DNA from: Elusimicrobiota bacterium
GTDB lineage: Bacteria > Elusimicrobiota > Elusimicrobia > UBA1565 > UBA9628
Reading direction: 5' to 3'
NCBI GenBank assembly: GCA_023213235.1
Contig: CP096137.1
Coordinates: forward strand, 2,216,908 to 2,280,907
Length of the DNA: 64,000 bases
The position numbers and the translations under genes are program-made. The notes under the pieces are model-generated. The model was not told where the DNA came from, searched no databases, and saw only the letters and a list, made by a program, of their open reading frames with translations. Of this stretch, positions 1 through 9,176 are shown in pieces (position 1 is the first letter of the stretch; each line of letters starts with the position of its first letter).

Positions 1-70
1 GGCGCTCGTCCTCGTTCTTGCGGGCCACCGCGGGATGCGCCGTGTAGGCCAGCTCCTCTTGGGCGATCAT
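1..70 (-). CDS. hypothetical protein, 5' fragment (gene runs off the window start)
   Basis: ATG at 70 (MIAQEELAYTAHPAVARKNEDER...) stays open to position 1. A TATACT box (77-82, minus strand) lies 6 nt upstream, as at other first genes here. The fragment is too short to assign a family. Confidence 0.3.
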   Translation of the reverse strand, partial: MIAQEELAYTAHPAVARKNEDER

Positions 71-213
71 GAACAGAGTATACCCCGCGGGCCTGGAATT
101 GTGATTACGGCTAGGAAAAAGACGGTTTAGTTCGGGCAAAAGACCGGTTAAAGGGGAGGGGTCCGAAAACCGCGTCCAAATAGGACTTTCGGCCCATTTC
201 TCGTCATTTTGCT

Positions 214-909
214 ATGGATGTGTGCTATAATGTCTCTCGTTCGGTGTTCATTGACAACCTAGAAAAAATCCGCTACCGCATGGCTTCTGCGGCCTCACGT
301 ACGAACCGTGATGCTGAAAAGATAGACCTGGTGGCGGTAACCAAGTACGCCTCCCTCGAGGCGGTCAAGGAAGCCCTGTCGTCGGGCCGACTGGCCGAAG
401 TGGGGGAGAACCGCGTGCAAGACGCCGAGAAGAAGAAGCAAGCTCTCGGCGAGCTCGCGGGCAAGGTCCGGTGGCGCCTCATCGGACATCTGCAGACGAA
501 CAAGGCGAAGAAAGCCGTCGCGACGTTCGACGCGATCGATTCGATCGACAGCGAGCGTGTGGCGAAGGCCGTCAACGACGCGTGGACCGGTCCGAAGAAG
601 TTCCCTGTGATGGTGCAGGTCAAGCTCACGGACAAGGAGACGCAGGCGGGAATCGCCCCGGAGGAATTGCCGGGGCTCATCGAGGCGGTGAAGAAGCTCC
701 CGAACCTCGAGCTGACCGGACTCATGGGCATCGCGCCCGACGTCGAGCCTCTGGAGGCCGTGAGGCCGAGCTTCAAGCTCCTCAGGGAGCTGAGAGACCG
801 CCATCTGCCCGGCGGCAAGCTGAACATGGGCATGAGCCGCGACTTCGAGCTCGCGGTCGAGGAAGGCGCCGACCTCGTCAGAATCGGCACACAGATTTTT
901 GCACCCTAG
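214..909 (+). CDS. yggS: YggS-family pyridoxal-phosphate homeostasis protein
   Basis: 231-aa ORF with YggS/PROSC hallmarks: DLVAVTKY, GENRVQD, WRLIGHLQTNKAKK and a C-terminal LNMGMSRDFELAVEEGADLVRIG. The start may be GTG 244. Confidence 0.85.
   Translation: MDVCYNVSRSVFIDNLEKIRYRMASAASRTNRDAEKIDLVAVTKYASLEAVKEALSSGRLAEVGENRVQDAEKKKQALGELAGKVRWRLIGHLQTNKAKKAVATFDAIDSIDSERVAKAVNDAWTGPKKFPVMVQVKLTDKETQAGIAPEELPGLIEAVKKLPNLELTGLMGIAPDVEPLEAVRPSFKLLRELRDRHLPGGKLNMGMSRDFELAVEEGADLVRIGTQIFAP
223..231 (+). promoter_or_regulatory. extended -10 element TGcTATAAT upstream of yggS
   Basis: TGCTATAAT at 223-231 lies inside the longest yggS ORF. This suggests the real start is the in-frame GTG at 244, 12 nt downstream. 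Confidence 0.45.
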
Positions 910-933
910 TCCGGCAACCATGGAGGCACCTGC

Positions 934-1197
934 ATGATCGTGAAAGTGCGCGTCATCCCCAACGCCGCGGACAACGAAGTGGTCAGCCGCATCGGAAGCG
1001 TGCTGCGGGTGAAGGTCGCTGCTCCCGCGGTCGACGAGAAGGCCAACGCCGCGCTGAAGGATTACCTCGCCGAATTCTTCGAGGTGTCCGGCAAGCGCGT
1101 CAGCATCCTTCGCGGAGCCAACGGACGCGAGAAGACGGTCGAGATCGTGGGCAAGACGGAGGAGCAGCTGAAGCGGGTGATGGACTCCATCCCCTGA
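934..1197 (+). CDS. DUF167 (YggU-like) protein
   Basis: 87 aa. The pattern VRVIPNA...LRVKVAAPAVDEKANAAL..YLAEFF.V....V.ILRG...REKTVEI is typical of YggU/DUF167. GGAGG lies upstream, and the gene follows yggS as in many genomes. Confidence 0.8.
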   Translation: MIVKVRVIPNAADNEVVSRIGSVLRVKVAAPAVDEKANAALKDYLAEFFEVSGKRVSILRGANGREKTVEIVGKTEEQLKRVMDSIP

Positions 1198-1239
1198 CCC
1201 AGCGCGGTAAAGCGCGCAGCTATTAGGCGCGAAGCGATC

Positions 1240-1275
1240 GAGGGCGAATAAGGCAGCGATGCCTTGTTCGCCCTC
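1240..1275 (+). terminator. rho-independent terminator after yggU
   Basis: Hairpin GAGGGCGAA-t-AAGGCA-gcga-TGCCTT-g-TTCGCCCTC, followed by gtcccATTTT. Confidence 0.6.
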
Positions 1276-1314
1276 GTCCCATTTTAAGGAAAAGCTATAA
1301 TCGGTTCCCGAAAC

Positions 1315-2349
1315 ATGAGCAAACGGCCCCTGCACGAAGACCCCATCAAGCACATCGTCTGGAAGGGGGACCGCCTCCAGGTCCTCGACCAGCGGCTGCT
1401 GCCGCGCACGGTCAAGCACGTGACCTGCCGCACCGCCGCCGATGTGGCCAAGGCCACCAAGGACATGGTCCTGCGCGGCGCGCCGCTGATCGGGTGCGCG
1501 GCCGCCTACGGGATGGCGCTGGCCTCGCGCCGCAACCGCCTCTCCGACGTCGTGGCCGCCGAGCCCGTGCTGCGCCGCGCCCGCCCGACGGCGGTCAACC
1601 TCATGCACGCGCTCGACCACATGCTCGGCGTGGCCAAGCGCACGCCGGAGAAGAACCTCGGCAAGGCGATGGCCGCCGCCGCCGTGAAGTACTACGAGGA
1701 CGACCTCGGCTACAACGCGACGATGGCCCGCCTCGGCGCCGCGCTGCTCAAGAAGGGCTCGAACGTCATCACGCACTGCAACGCCGGCGCGCTCGCGACG
1801 GCCGGCATCGGGACCGCGGTCGGCATGATCCGCGCGGGGTGGATCGCGGGCAAGGTCGCCCACGTCTACCCGTGCGAGACGCGGCCGTACTTGCAGGGCG
1901 CGCGCCTGACCTTGTGGGAGCTCATGGAGGCCGGCATCCCGGCCACGCTCATCACCGACAACATGGCCGCGCACCTGATGAAGACGAGGAAGATCGACGC
2001 CGTCATCGTCGGCTCCGACCGCATCGCGGCCAACGCCGACGTGTGCAACAAGATCGGGACGTACGGCCTGGCGATCCTCGCCAAGCACCACGGCATCCCG
2101 TTTTACGTCGTGGCGCCGTCGACGACGGTCGACCTGTCCACGCCGCACGGCGACCGCATCCCGATCGAGGAGCGCTCCGTGCAGGAGGTCGTCGAGATCT
2201 TCGGCGCCAAGATCGCCCCGAAGGGCGCAAAGGCCCACCACTTCGGCTTCGACGTCACGCCGCACCAGCTCGTCACCGCCATCGTCACGGAGAAGGGAGT
2301 CGTCTCGCCCGCCAACGAGGCCAATCTGAGGAAGGTCCTGTCCAACTAA
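1315..2349 (+). CDS. mtnA: S-methyl-5-thioribose-1-phosphate isomerase (eIF-2B-like family)
   Basis: 344 aa with LQVLDQRLLP, VLRGAPLIG and VIVGSDRIAANADVCNKIGTYGLAILAKHHGIPFYV, typical of MtnA. TATAAT at 1296-1301 lies 13 nt upstream. Confidence 0.8.
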   Translation: MSKRPLHEDPIKHIVWKGDRLQVLDQRLLPRTVKHVTCRTAADVAKATKDMVLRGAPLIGCAAAYGMALASRRNRLSDVVAAEPVLRRARPTAVNLMHALDHMLGVAKRTPEKNLGKAMAAAAVKYYEDDLGYNATMARLGAALLKKGSNVITHCNAGALATAGIGTAVGMIRAGWIAGKVAHVYPCETRPYLQGARLTLWELMEAGIPATLITDNMAAHLMKTRKIDAVIVGSDRIAANADVCNKIGTYGLAILAKHHGIPFYVVAPSTTVDLSTPHGDRIPIEERSVQEVVEIFGAKIAPKGAKAHHFGFDVTPHQLVTAIVTEKGVVSPANEANLRKVLSN

Positions 2350-3811
2350 TGTCCACCCACAAGCCCGCCGCGACCCGCCCGAAGCTCACCAAGATCCTCG
2401 CCACCCTCGGCCCCGTCTCCGCCAAGCCCGCGATGATGCTCGACCTGATCACGGCCGGCGTCGACGCGTTCCGCCTGAACTGCTCGCACGCCTCGCTCGC
2501 CGAGCTCGAGAAGAACGTCGGCCTCATCCGCTCGACCTCGCGCCTCTCGCGCCGCGCCTGCTCCGTCGTCATGGACCTGCAGGGCCCGCGGCTGCGCGTC
2601 GGCCGCCTGCGCAACGGCGAGCCGATCGACCTCAAGAAGGGGCGAAGACGCGCATCACGGTGCGCGACATCCCCGGGACCTCCGAGGAGTTCTCGACCAG
2701 CTTCCGCAAGCTGCCGCAGACGGTCAAGAAGGGCATGGAGATCCGCCTCGACGACGGCTCGATCGTGCTTTCGGTGCTCAAGTCCGGCTCCGACTGGGTC
2801 GACTGCGAGGTCGTCATCGGCGGCCGGCTCAAGGAGCACAAGGGCATCAACCTTCCCGGCGCCGACATCGACCTGCCCGCGCTGACGACGAAGGATCTGA
2901 AAGACCTGGAGATGGGCCTCAAGTGCGGCATCGACCACGTCGCGCTCTCCTTCGTGCGCTCGCCCGACGACATCCTCAAGGCGCGCCGCATGATCACGAA
3001 GGCGGGCGCTCCGACGCGCATCATCGCCAAGATCGAGCACCCGCTCGCCGTCGAGCGCATCGACGAGATCTTGGACGTCGCCGACGGCATCATGATCGCG
3101 CGCGGAGACCTCGCCGTCGAGCTGTCGGCCGCCGAGGTGCCGGCGCTGCAGAAGATGCTCGTGCGCCGGGCCAACGACGCCGGCAAGCTCTCGATCGTGG
3201 CGACCCAGATGCTCGAGAGCATGATCAGCCACGCCCAGCCGACGCGCGCCGAGGCCAGCGACGTCGCCAACGCGATCTACGACGGCGCCGACGTCGTCAT
3301 GCTGTCCGGCGAGTCCGCGGTCGGCCTGTATCCCGTCGAGACGGTCACGGTCATGGCGGACATCATCCGCCGCGCCGAGGCGTCCAACTTCCGATATCGC
3401 ATGATTCCTCACGGCCTGCTGGACTCGCCCGAGACCGGCTTTGCGCACGCGCTCGCGCGCGCCACGCACGACGCCTGCGACGTGACCGGAGCCAAGGCCG
3501 TCATCGTCTACACGATGACGGGCTGGTCGGCGCGCATCATGTCGAAGTACCGCCCGTACGCGCCGATCATCGCGATGTCGCCGCTCAAGGCGACGTACAA
3601 CCAGCTCGCGCTGTACTGGGGGATCTCCCCGACGATCTGCCCGCTCGGCAAGACCACCGACGAGATGCTGGGCTACGGCGAGCGCATCCTGCTCAAGAAC
3701 GGCATCGTCAAGCAGGGCGAGACGACCTTGGTCACCGCCGGCGGCACGGCCAAGCACAAGGCGTCGAACATGCTGAAGATCCACGTCGTCGGCTCGCTGA
3801 CCTACCGCTGA
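2349..3811 (+). CDS. pyk: pyruvate kinase (frame broken by a 1-nt indel at 2639-2642)
   Basis: The N-terminal part MSTHKPAATRPKLTKILATLGP... lies in the frame of ORF 1494..2885. It continues in ORF 2660..3811 (GINLPG, IAKIEH, MIARGDLAVE, MLSGESA). Restoring one G gives 488 codons. The ATG overlaps the mtnA stop (TAATG). Confidence 0.85.
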
Positions 3812-3829
3812 TAAACGCCGAAAAAGAAT

Positions 3830-3859
3830 GGGGCCGAGGGAAATACTTCCCTCGGCCCC
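3830..3859. terminator. bidirectional rho-independent terminator between pyk and the 3954-4334 gene
   Basis: GGGGCCGAGGG-aaatactt-CCCTCGGCCCC, with T-rich tracts on both strands (ttctgctcttt on plus; attcttttt on minus). Confidence 0.6.
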
Positions 3860-3861
3860 TT

Positions 3862-3939
3862 CTGCTCTTTAATGCGCAATCACGTCGGAACGGCGCGCTA
3901 TAAACGGTTTATTCTGCTCGATTGCGCTTTAAAGAGCAG
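3862..3939. repeat. 19-bp inverted repeat with a 40-nt spacer
   Basis: CTGCTCTTTAATGCGCAAT (3862-3880) pairs with ATTGCGCTTTAAAGAGCAG (3921-3939) with 1 mismatch. TTCTGCTC also recurs as a direct repeat. The stretch is AT-rich relative to its flanks. Confidence 0.6.
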
Positions 3940-3953
3940 AGGGCTTGGCGAGA

Positions 3954-4334
3954 CTAGTTCGCCAGCCACTCCCGCTTGGTGACCACGGGGTTCGCCGGGT
4001 CCTTCAACGAAACGTCGGCGTAGGAGTGGTCGTAGCCGTACCAGCACATCTCCGGCCACACGTCGTAGGCGAAGTCGCAGGTCGCCTTGTCGGCGCCCTC
4101 GCGCCACTCGCAGGTGAAGCGCGACGCGTCCTTGGTGCCGGCCTTGCGCGCGGCCTCGACGACCTGCTCCTTCTTGAGCGGGAACTTCGGGCTCCACAGC
4201 GTCGAGGAGACGCGCACGATCGCGACCGTCGTGGGCGTGGCCGGGGTGTAGGCGAAGAACGGCTTCGGGACCGGGGCTTCCTGGGCGAGGACCGGAACGG
4301 CGAGAGCGGCGAGGAGGGGCAGGAGGATCTTCAT
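3954..4334 (-). CDS. small exported protein, unknown function
   Basis: 126 aa with signal peptide MKILLPLLAALAVPVLAQEA and 4 Cys. No family recognised. A TGcGAGAAT box ends 6 nt upstream of the ATG. Confidence 0.6.
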   Translation of the reverse strand: MKILLPLLAALAVPVLAQEAPVPKPFFAYTPATPTTVAIVRVSSTLWSPKFPLKKEQVVEAARKAGTKDASRFTCEWREGADKATCDFAYDVWPEMCWYGYDHSYADVSLKDPANPVVTKREWLAN

Positions 4335-4404
4335 GAGGAGATTCTCGCACGAAGCGGGGAACGGCCGCGCGGGCCCTTCGGGGTAAAAACGGCGGCCAAG
4401 GGTC

Positions 4405-6044
4405 CTAGCGGGAGGCGCGGCGCAGGGGGCGCAGGCGTTCCTTGAGCGCCGCGATGCGGGCGTCTCCCTCGTCGAGGTAGGCGAGGATCAGGTCGGCGAA
4501 GTCGGCGGCGTCCTCGCGCGCGATGTCGCGCCAGCGGCGCAGCAGGCGGTCGGCGGCGCGGCCGATCGAGGAGGCCTCGATCTCGGTCAGGCGCACCGGC
4601 TCGTGGCGGCCGTTGACATGGCCGCGGCGGCGCGCGAGCTCGCGCTCGATGCGCGGCTTGAGCTTCCGGGCCTGCCCGCTCTCCGTGATGGCCATCATCA
4701 GGCCCTGGGCGCGGCGCGCGTCGCCGCCGGGGACGTCGGCGTAGAGCCGCGAGACGCGCGAGTGCTGGCGGCGCACGATCTTCGGGTCCCACATGCCCGC
4801 GACGCGCGGGATCGAGCGCGCCCACTCGGCGAGCACGGGCTTCTTCAGGGCGAACTCGCGGACGAACAGCTCCTGCGCGAGATAGGCCTCGTGCTCGTCC
4901 TCGTGGCCGTAGAGCACGCCCTTCTCGAGGGCGGTCAGGGACTTCTTGAGGGCGATGCGTCCCTGGAGGCGGTGCGTCGTCTCGTGGACGTAGGTCGGCA
5001 TGTAGAGGACGGCGAGGCCGTTCATGAGCTGGTCGTCGGTGAACAGCTCCTCGAAGCGGTGGTCCGTCATGAGCAGGAAGTAGTCGATCACGTCGGCCGG
5101 CAGCGCGAGCTTGTCCCCGTAGGCCTGATAGGCGCCGTCGCTGCCGGCGGGCACCCCGCCGACCTGGATGGCGCCGGCGGCCTTGTTCATGAGTTCCTCG
5201 GCCGAGGTGCCCGCGGCCAGGCGGCGGAAGGCCTCGGTGAGGCGCTTGCCGATGACGGCGAGCGCCTTCTTCTGCTCCGGGTCGCGCGGGTCGTGGACGA
5301 AGCGGGACTCGGCCGGGACGGAGGCGCCGGCGGGCGTCTCCGCCATGACCTTGGAGGCCTTCTCGAGAGCGGAGAGGCGGGCGTCGAGCTCGGTCGCCTC
5401 CATGTCGGTCAGGTAGGGCGAGGCCGCGCGCGAGTAGCGCTTGAGCAGGACGAGGTACTCCGGCGAGGCGGGCTCGGCCGTCGAGCCGGCGAAGATCGCG
5501 TCGTGCCACCAGGCCGCGATGACGGAGGCGCGCATCGAGATCGGCACCGACGGCCAGTTCTTCTCCTCGACGCCCTTCTTCTCGAGGCCCGCGCGGACCT
5601 TCGGGTCGAGCGTCTCCCAGTCGCACGAGGCGCGCGCGATGCGGGCGGCGTCCTCCTTCGCGCCGTAGGCGGCGCGGTGCTTGGCGGGAAGGTCGGTGTC
5701 GGCGTTCTGCAGCGGCAAGGTCTCCTGCGCGATCAGCTGGCGGCGCAGGAACTTCTCGCGGAAAGCGGCGGGGACGGCCTCGAGCGCCTTGATCTCGTGG
5801 GCGCGAAGCATGCTCGACGCGTACATGTCCGGGGCCGTCACGCGCAGGACCCCGAGCGCGGGAGCGTCGTCGAGGAAGCGGGCCGCGACCGCGGGATTGA
5901 GCGCGGTGAGTCCGGCCTGGTAGCCGCCGAGCGCGGAGACGCCCGCCGAGCCGGACGCGGCGGGGACGCGGACGACCCCGGCGGCCGCGCCGAGGGCGAG
6001 GAATAGAGAAAGCGCCGCCCCGAGGGGGCGAGCAGACGCTTCAT
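4405..6044 (-). CDS. exported HExxH-motif protein (putative zinc metallopeptidase, family not recognised); 1-nt indel at 6024-6028
   Basis: ORF 4405..5841 stays open upstream. The ATG at 6044 (MKRLLAP...) joins it once one base is restored, giving signal peptide MKRLLAPLGAALSLFLALGAAAG and 547 codons. Motifs are YVHETTHRLQ and GHEDEHEAY. Confidence 0.6.
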
Positions 6045-6127
6045 AAAGGAAGAGTACCCCGCGCCTATGTCTTCACCCAGGGTCTTTGGTCCGGCGCTTC
6101 TGGGCCCGGTCCCAGACCGTGCGTCAC

Positions 6128-6180
6128 TGCGTCCGGACGCACCGACGCGCGCCCGGCGAAGGTGTGTCCGGACACACCTT
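6128..6180. promoter_or_regulatory. two perfect palindromes sharing a GTCCGGAC core (candidate operators)
   Basis: TGCGTCCGGACGCA (6128-6141) and AAGGTGTGTCCGGACACACCTT (6159-6180), with centres 35 bp apart. The second ends 14 nt upstream of the cutA -10 box. Confidence 0.4.
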
Positions 6181-6191
6181 CCTAGTGTTTC

Positions 6192-6200
6192 TGGTAAGAT
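6192..6200 (+). promoter_or_regulatory. extended -10 element TGgTAAGAT for cutA (leaderless type)
   Basis: TGGTAAGAT lies 7 nt upstream of the cutA ATG at 6208. Confidence 0.5.
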
Positions 6201-6207
6201 TCCGGCG

Positions 6208-6525
6208 ATGGCGACCCGCTTCCGCGTCGTGCTGATCACCGCTCCCCGGGCGAAGGCCGATAAGCTGGCCAAGGGCCTCGTCTCCGCGCGGCTCGCGGCC
6301 TGCGTGAACGTGGTCCCCGGCGTGGTCTCGCACTACCGCTGGAAGGGGAAGCTCCACAAGGACGCCGAGGCCCTGCTGATCGCCAAGACCATGGTCTCCG
6401 AGCTGCCCGCGCTCAAGCGCTGGGTCGAGGAGAACCACCCGTACGACGTGCCCGAGGTCCTGATCCTGCCGGTCGAGGACGGCGCCGCGTCCTACCTGGG
6501 CTGGCTCGCGGAGAGCCTGCGATGA
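6208..6525 (+). CDS. cutA: divalent-cation tolerance protein CutA
   Basis: The internal Met of ORF 6067..6525 gives a 105-aa protein: MATRFRVVLITAP...LAKGLVSARLAACVNVVPGVVSHYRWKGK...EALLIAKT, a classic CutA1 pattern. Confidence 0.85.
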   Translation: MATRFRVVLITAPRAKADKLAKGLVSARLAACVNVVPGVVSHYRWKGKLHKDAEALLIAKTMVSELPALKRWVEENHPYDVPEVLILPVEDGAASYLGWLAESLR

Positions 6526-7219
6526 GCGGCCACCCGACGTTCTGGCCGCGCCTGCTCGCCGCCAAGGACGAGGCGCCCGGCGCGCGCACGTTCCGCTTCG
6601 CCTCGCCTCCCGGCTTCCGCTTCACGCCGGGGCAGTTCCTGATGTTCCACTTCGCCGACGACCCCAAGACGTGGCGCGCGTACTCGGCGTGCTCCTCGCC
6701 CGCCGCCGCGGGGAATACTTCGAGATCACGGTGGGCATGGTCGGCGCGTTCTCCGACCGGCTCGGCGCGCTGAAGCCGCACGAGGAAGGCGGGCTCGTCG
6801 TGCGCGGCCCGTTCGGCAAGTGGATCTACGACGGCTCCGTGCCGCACGCGGTGCTCGTCGCCGGAGGGACCGGCGTCACGCCCTTCCGCGCGATGTGCCT
6901 GCTCAAGCGCGACATGGGCCTGGCGGGGCGCATCACCGTGTGCTCCTCGGCGAAGACCGCCGCCGACGAGCTCTACCGCGACGAGCGCCCGCAGTGGGCG
7001 AAGGCCGGCGTGTCGCTGCACCCGCGCTACACGCGCGAGGGCGGGGCCCGCTGGACGGCCGGCGACGTGATCGCGGCCGCCGCCGACCCGGAGGCCACCT
7101 ACTTCCTGTGCGGCCCGAACAAGATGGTCCAGGAACTGCGCGAGGGGCTCGAGGCGCTGGGAGTGCCGCCGGAGAAGGTCCGCACCGAGAAATGGGGCGA
7201 CTACACCGACTTGTTCTAG
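6522..7219 (+). CDS. FAD/NAD(P)-binding oxidoreductase (ferredoxin-NADP reductase-like); 1-nt indel at 6710-6713
   Basis: ORF 6522..6773 carries the RAYS flavin motif. It continues in ORF 6671..7219 with GEYFEITV, VAGGTGVTPF and YFLCGPNKM. Restoring one G gives 233 codons. Confidence 0.7.
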
Positions 7220-7764
7220 CCTCGGCCTCGCCCCGGCGCCGCGCGATCCTGCGCGCCGCCGGCGTGAGCTTCACCGTCGACCCGAGCGGGGTCGACGAGA
7301 ACGTTCGGATCAAGGATCCTCGGCGTCTCGTCGTGAAGCTGGCCCGCATGAAGGCGCTCGACGTCGCCAAGCGCCACCCGGACCGTCCCGTGCTCGGCGC
7401 CGACACCTTGGTCGTCTGCCGCGGCGAGATCCTCGGCAAGCCCAAGGACCTCAAGGACGCCGTGCGCATGATCACCTTGCAGTCGGGGCGCTCGCAGCGC
7501 GTGTACACCGGCACCGCCTTGGTCTGGCGGGGCCGCGTCTACACCGACGTCGCGGTCTCCGTGGTCACGGCGCGCAAGCTCGACGCGGAGCATCTGCGGC
7601 GCCTGGCGGGCAAGCACATGGACAAGGCCGGCGCGTACGCGATCCAGGACCGCAAGGACCCGCTGGTGGCGCGCGTGACCGGCGACCGCGACAACGTCAC
7701 CGGCCTGCCGATGCGCTCGGTCAGGAAGCTTCTGTCTCGAGCTCGGGCGCGACGGGGATCGTGA
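7192..7764 (+). CDS. maf: Maf-like nucleoside triphosphate pyrophosphatase
   Basis: In the frame of ORF 6820..7764, from ATG 7192: LVLASASPRRRAIL, VDE, LGADTLV, ILGKP and AGAYAIQD. Confidence 0.8.
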   Translation: MGRLHRLVLASASPRRRAILRAAGVSFTVDPSGVDENVRIKDPRRLVVKLARMKALDVAKRHPDRPVLGADTLVVCRGEILGKPKDLKDAVRMITLQSGRSQRVYTGTALVWRGRVYTDVAVSVVTARKLDAEHLRRLAGKHMDKAGAYAIQDRKDPLVARVTGDRDNVTGLPMRSVRKLLSRARARRGS

Positions 7765-9149
7765 AGTAGAAGCGCGCGCCCTTCGGGGCGGCGTCGCCGA
7801 TGCCGATCGCGCCGCCGTGCCGGTTGATGACCTTGTCGCACAGCGCGAGGCCGAGCCCGACGTTGCCGACGTGGCGCTTCACGTCCTTCTGGAAGAACTT
7901 GAGGAAGACGTGCTCGCGCGCTTCGGGCGGGATGCCGGGGCCGGAGTCGCTGACCTCGACGAGGACCGAGCCGTTCTCGCGCCGCACGCCGATCGCGATG
8001 CGCCCGCCCTGCGGCGTGTGCTCGACGGCGTTGTAGACGAGGTTGTCCATCACGCGGCGCAGGAGCAGCGGGTCGCCGACGACGGGGAAGCTCGTCCTCG
8101 TGCGTGAGGTCGAGCGTCTGCTTGCGGTCGGCGGCGATCATCTCGAAGTCCTTCGCGCACGCGCGCGCGAGCGCCTGGAGCTCGACGAGCTCCTGGCGCT
8201 GGAGGCCGGCCATCTCCTCGAGCTTGGCCAGCTGCAGGACGTCTTCGACCATGCGCTGCAGGCGCGCCGTCGACATCTCGAGCAGCTCGAAGGTCCGGTT
8301 GTGTTCCCGCTTGCCGGCCTTTCCCGCGACGTCGGAGAGCAGCGCGATGCCGGACTTGATGACCGTCATCGGCGTCTTGAGGTCGTGGACGAGCATCGCG
8401 GAGAGCTCGCGCTTCTCGGTCTCGAGCGCGCGGCGGCGCCGCGTCTCGGCCTTGAGGCTGACGCCCATGCGGTTGAAGGCCGCGATCACGCGGGAGAGCT
8501 CATCGCTGCCGTCGTCGCCGCCGAGGCGGCGGAAGCTCTGCGGGTCGGCGGCCATCGCCTCGACGCGGCCGACGAGACGCTCGAGGCGCTCCCCGGCGAA
8601 CAGGCCGATGAGCCAGGCGATCACCGTGATCGCGAGGAACGCGGAGACGCCCGCCTGCACGCCGCGCGCGCCGATCTCGTCGAGGCGGGCCTCGAGCGCG
8701 TCGGTGCGGAAGCCGACCTGGACGACGCCCTTGCCGCGCGGCCCGAGGTCGACCGGTCCCTCGACGTCGTAGATCCCGTCGTCGACCTGGGCGCGCGTGC
8801 GGCCGGGCTTGGGCTCCCGGGAGATCAGCTTCGGGTCGTCGGAGGAGCCGACGAGGCGCTTGCCCTTCTTGTCGCGCACGACGATCGTCGCGATGCGCGC
8901 CTGCTTGAGCAGCTCGGTGAAGCGCTTGCCGACGCCGTCGAGCCGGCCCTGGCGGGCCTCGGACTGCACGACCGCGCGGACCGCCGCGAGCGTGACGCCG
9001 CCCATGTTCTCGGCCTGCGCGTAAGCCTCGCGCCGCGAAGAGCTCACGCCGAGAAGGACGAGCCCGCCGGCGACGAGGCCGCCGGAGACGGCGAAGACGA
9101 GGGCGAGGCGGTGGGAGAGGCTCAGGCGCATGTTTCGGACCTGGCCCAT
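7721..9149 (-). CDS. membrane sensor histidine kinase (1-nt extra base at 8084-8087)
   Basis: MGQVRNMRLSLSHRLALVFAVSGG..., then a periplasmic region, a second TM segment and a HAMP-like linker. The H-box is LSAMLVHDLKTPMTVI. After the indel it continues in ORF 7721..8053 (VVGDPLLLRRVMDNLVYNAVEHTP, DSGPGIP, GLGLAL). Removing one C gives 476 codons. Confidence 0.8.
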
Positions 9150-9155
9150 TCTACG

Positions 9156-9170
9156 ATTTTCGGCTATACT
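9156..9170. promoter_or_regulatory. back-to-back -10 boxes in the 27-bp gap between divergent kinase genes
   Basis: GAAAAT (minus, 9156-9161) lies 6 nt from ATG 9149. TATACT (plus, 9165-9170) lies 6 nt from ATG 9177. Confidence 0.5.
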
Positions 9171-9176
9171 CGCGCG

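Noticed and set aside
295-2265. Very long antisense or off-frame ORFs in the track. Examples: 295..2265 (656 aa), 7539..11282 (1247 aa), 34206..36263 (685 aa), 23313..24896, 51325..53163 and 42857..44005.
   Set aside because: Their translations are Arg/Ala/Gly/Asp/Pro-rich low-complexity sequence. They lie opposite or out of frame to genes with clear family motifs. These are the shadow ORFs expected in very GC-rich DNA. Only the in-frame portions that match real genes were used.
5838-6272. The 144-aa minus-strand ORF spanning the cutA upstream region as an independent gene.
   Set aside because: Only its internal ATG at 6044 and the following ~7 codons are meaningful, as the true start of the HExxH protein before the indel. 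The rest is Arg/Ser/Pro-rich and covers the promoter palindromes.
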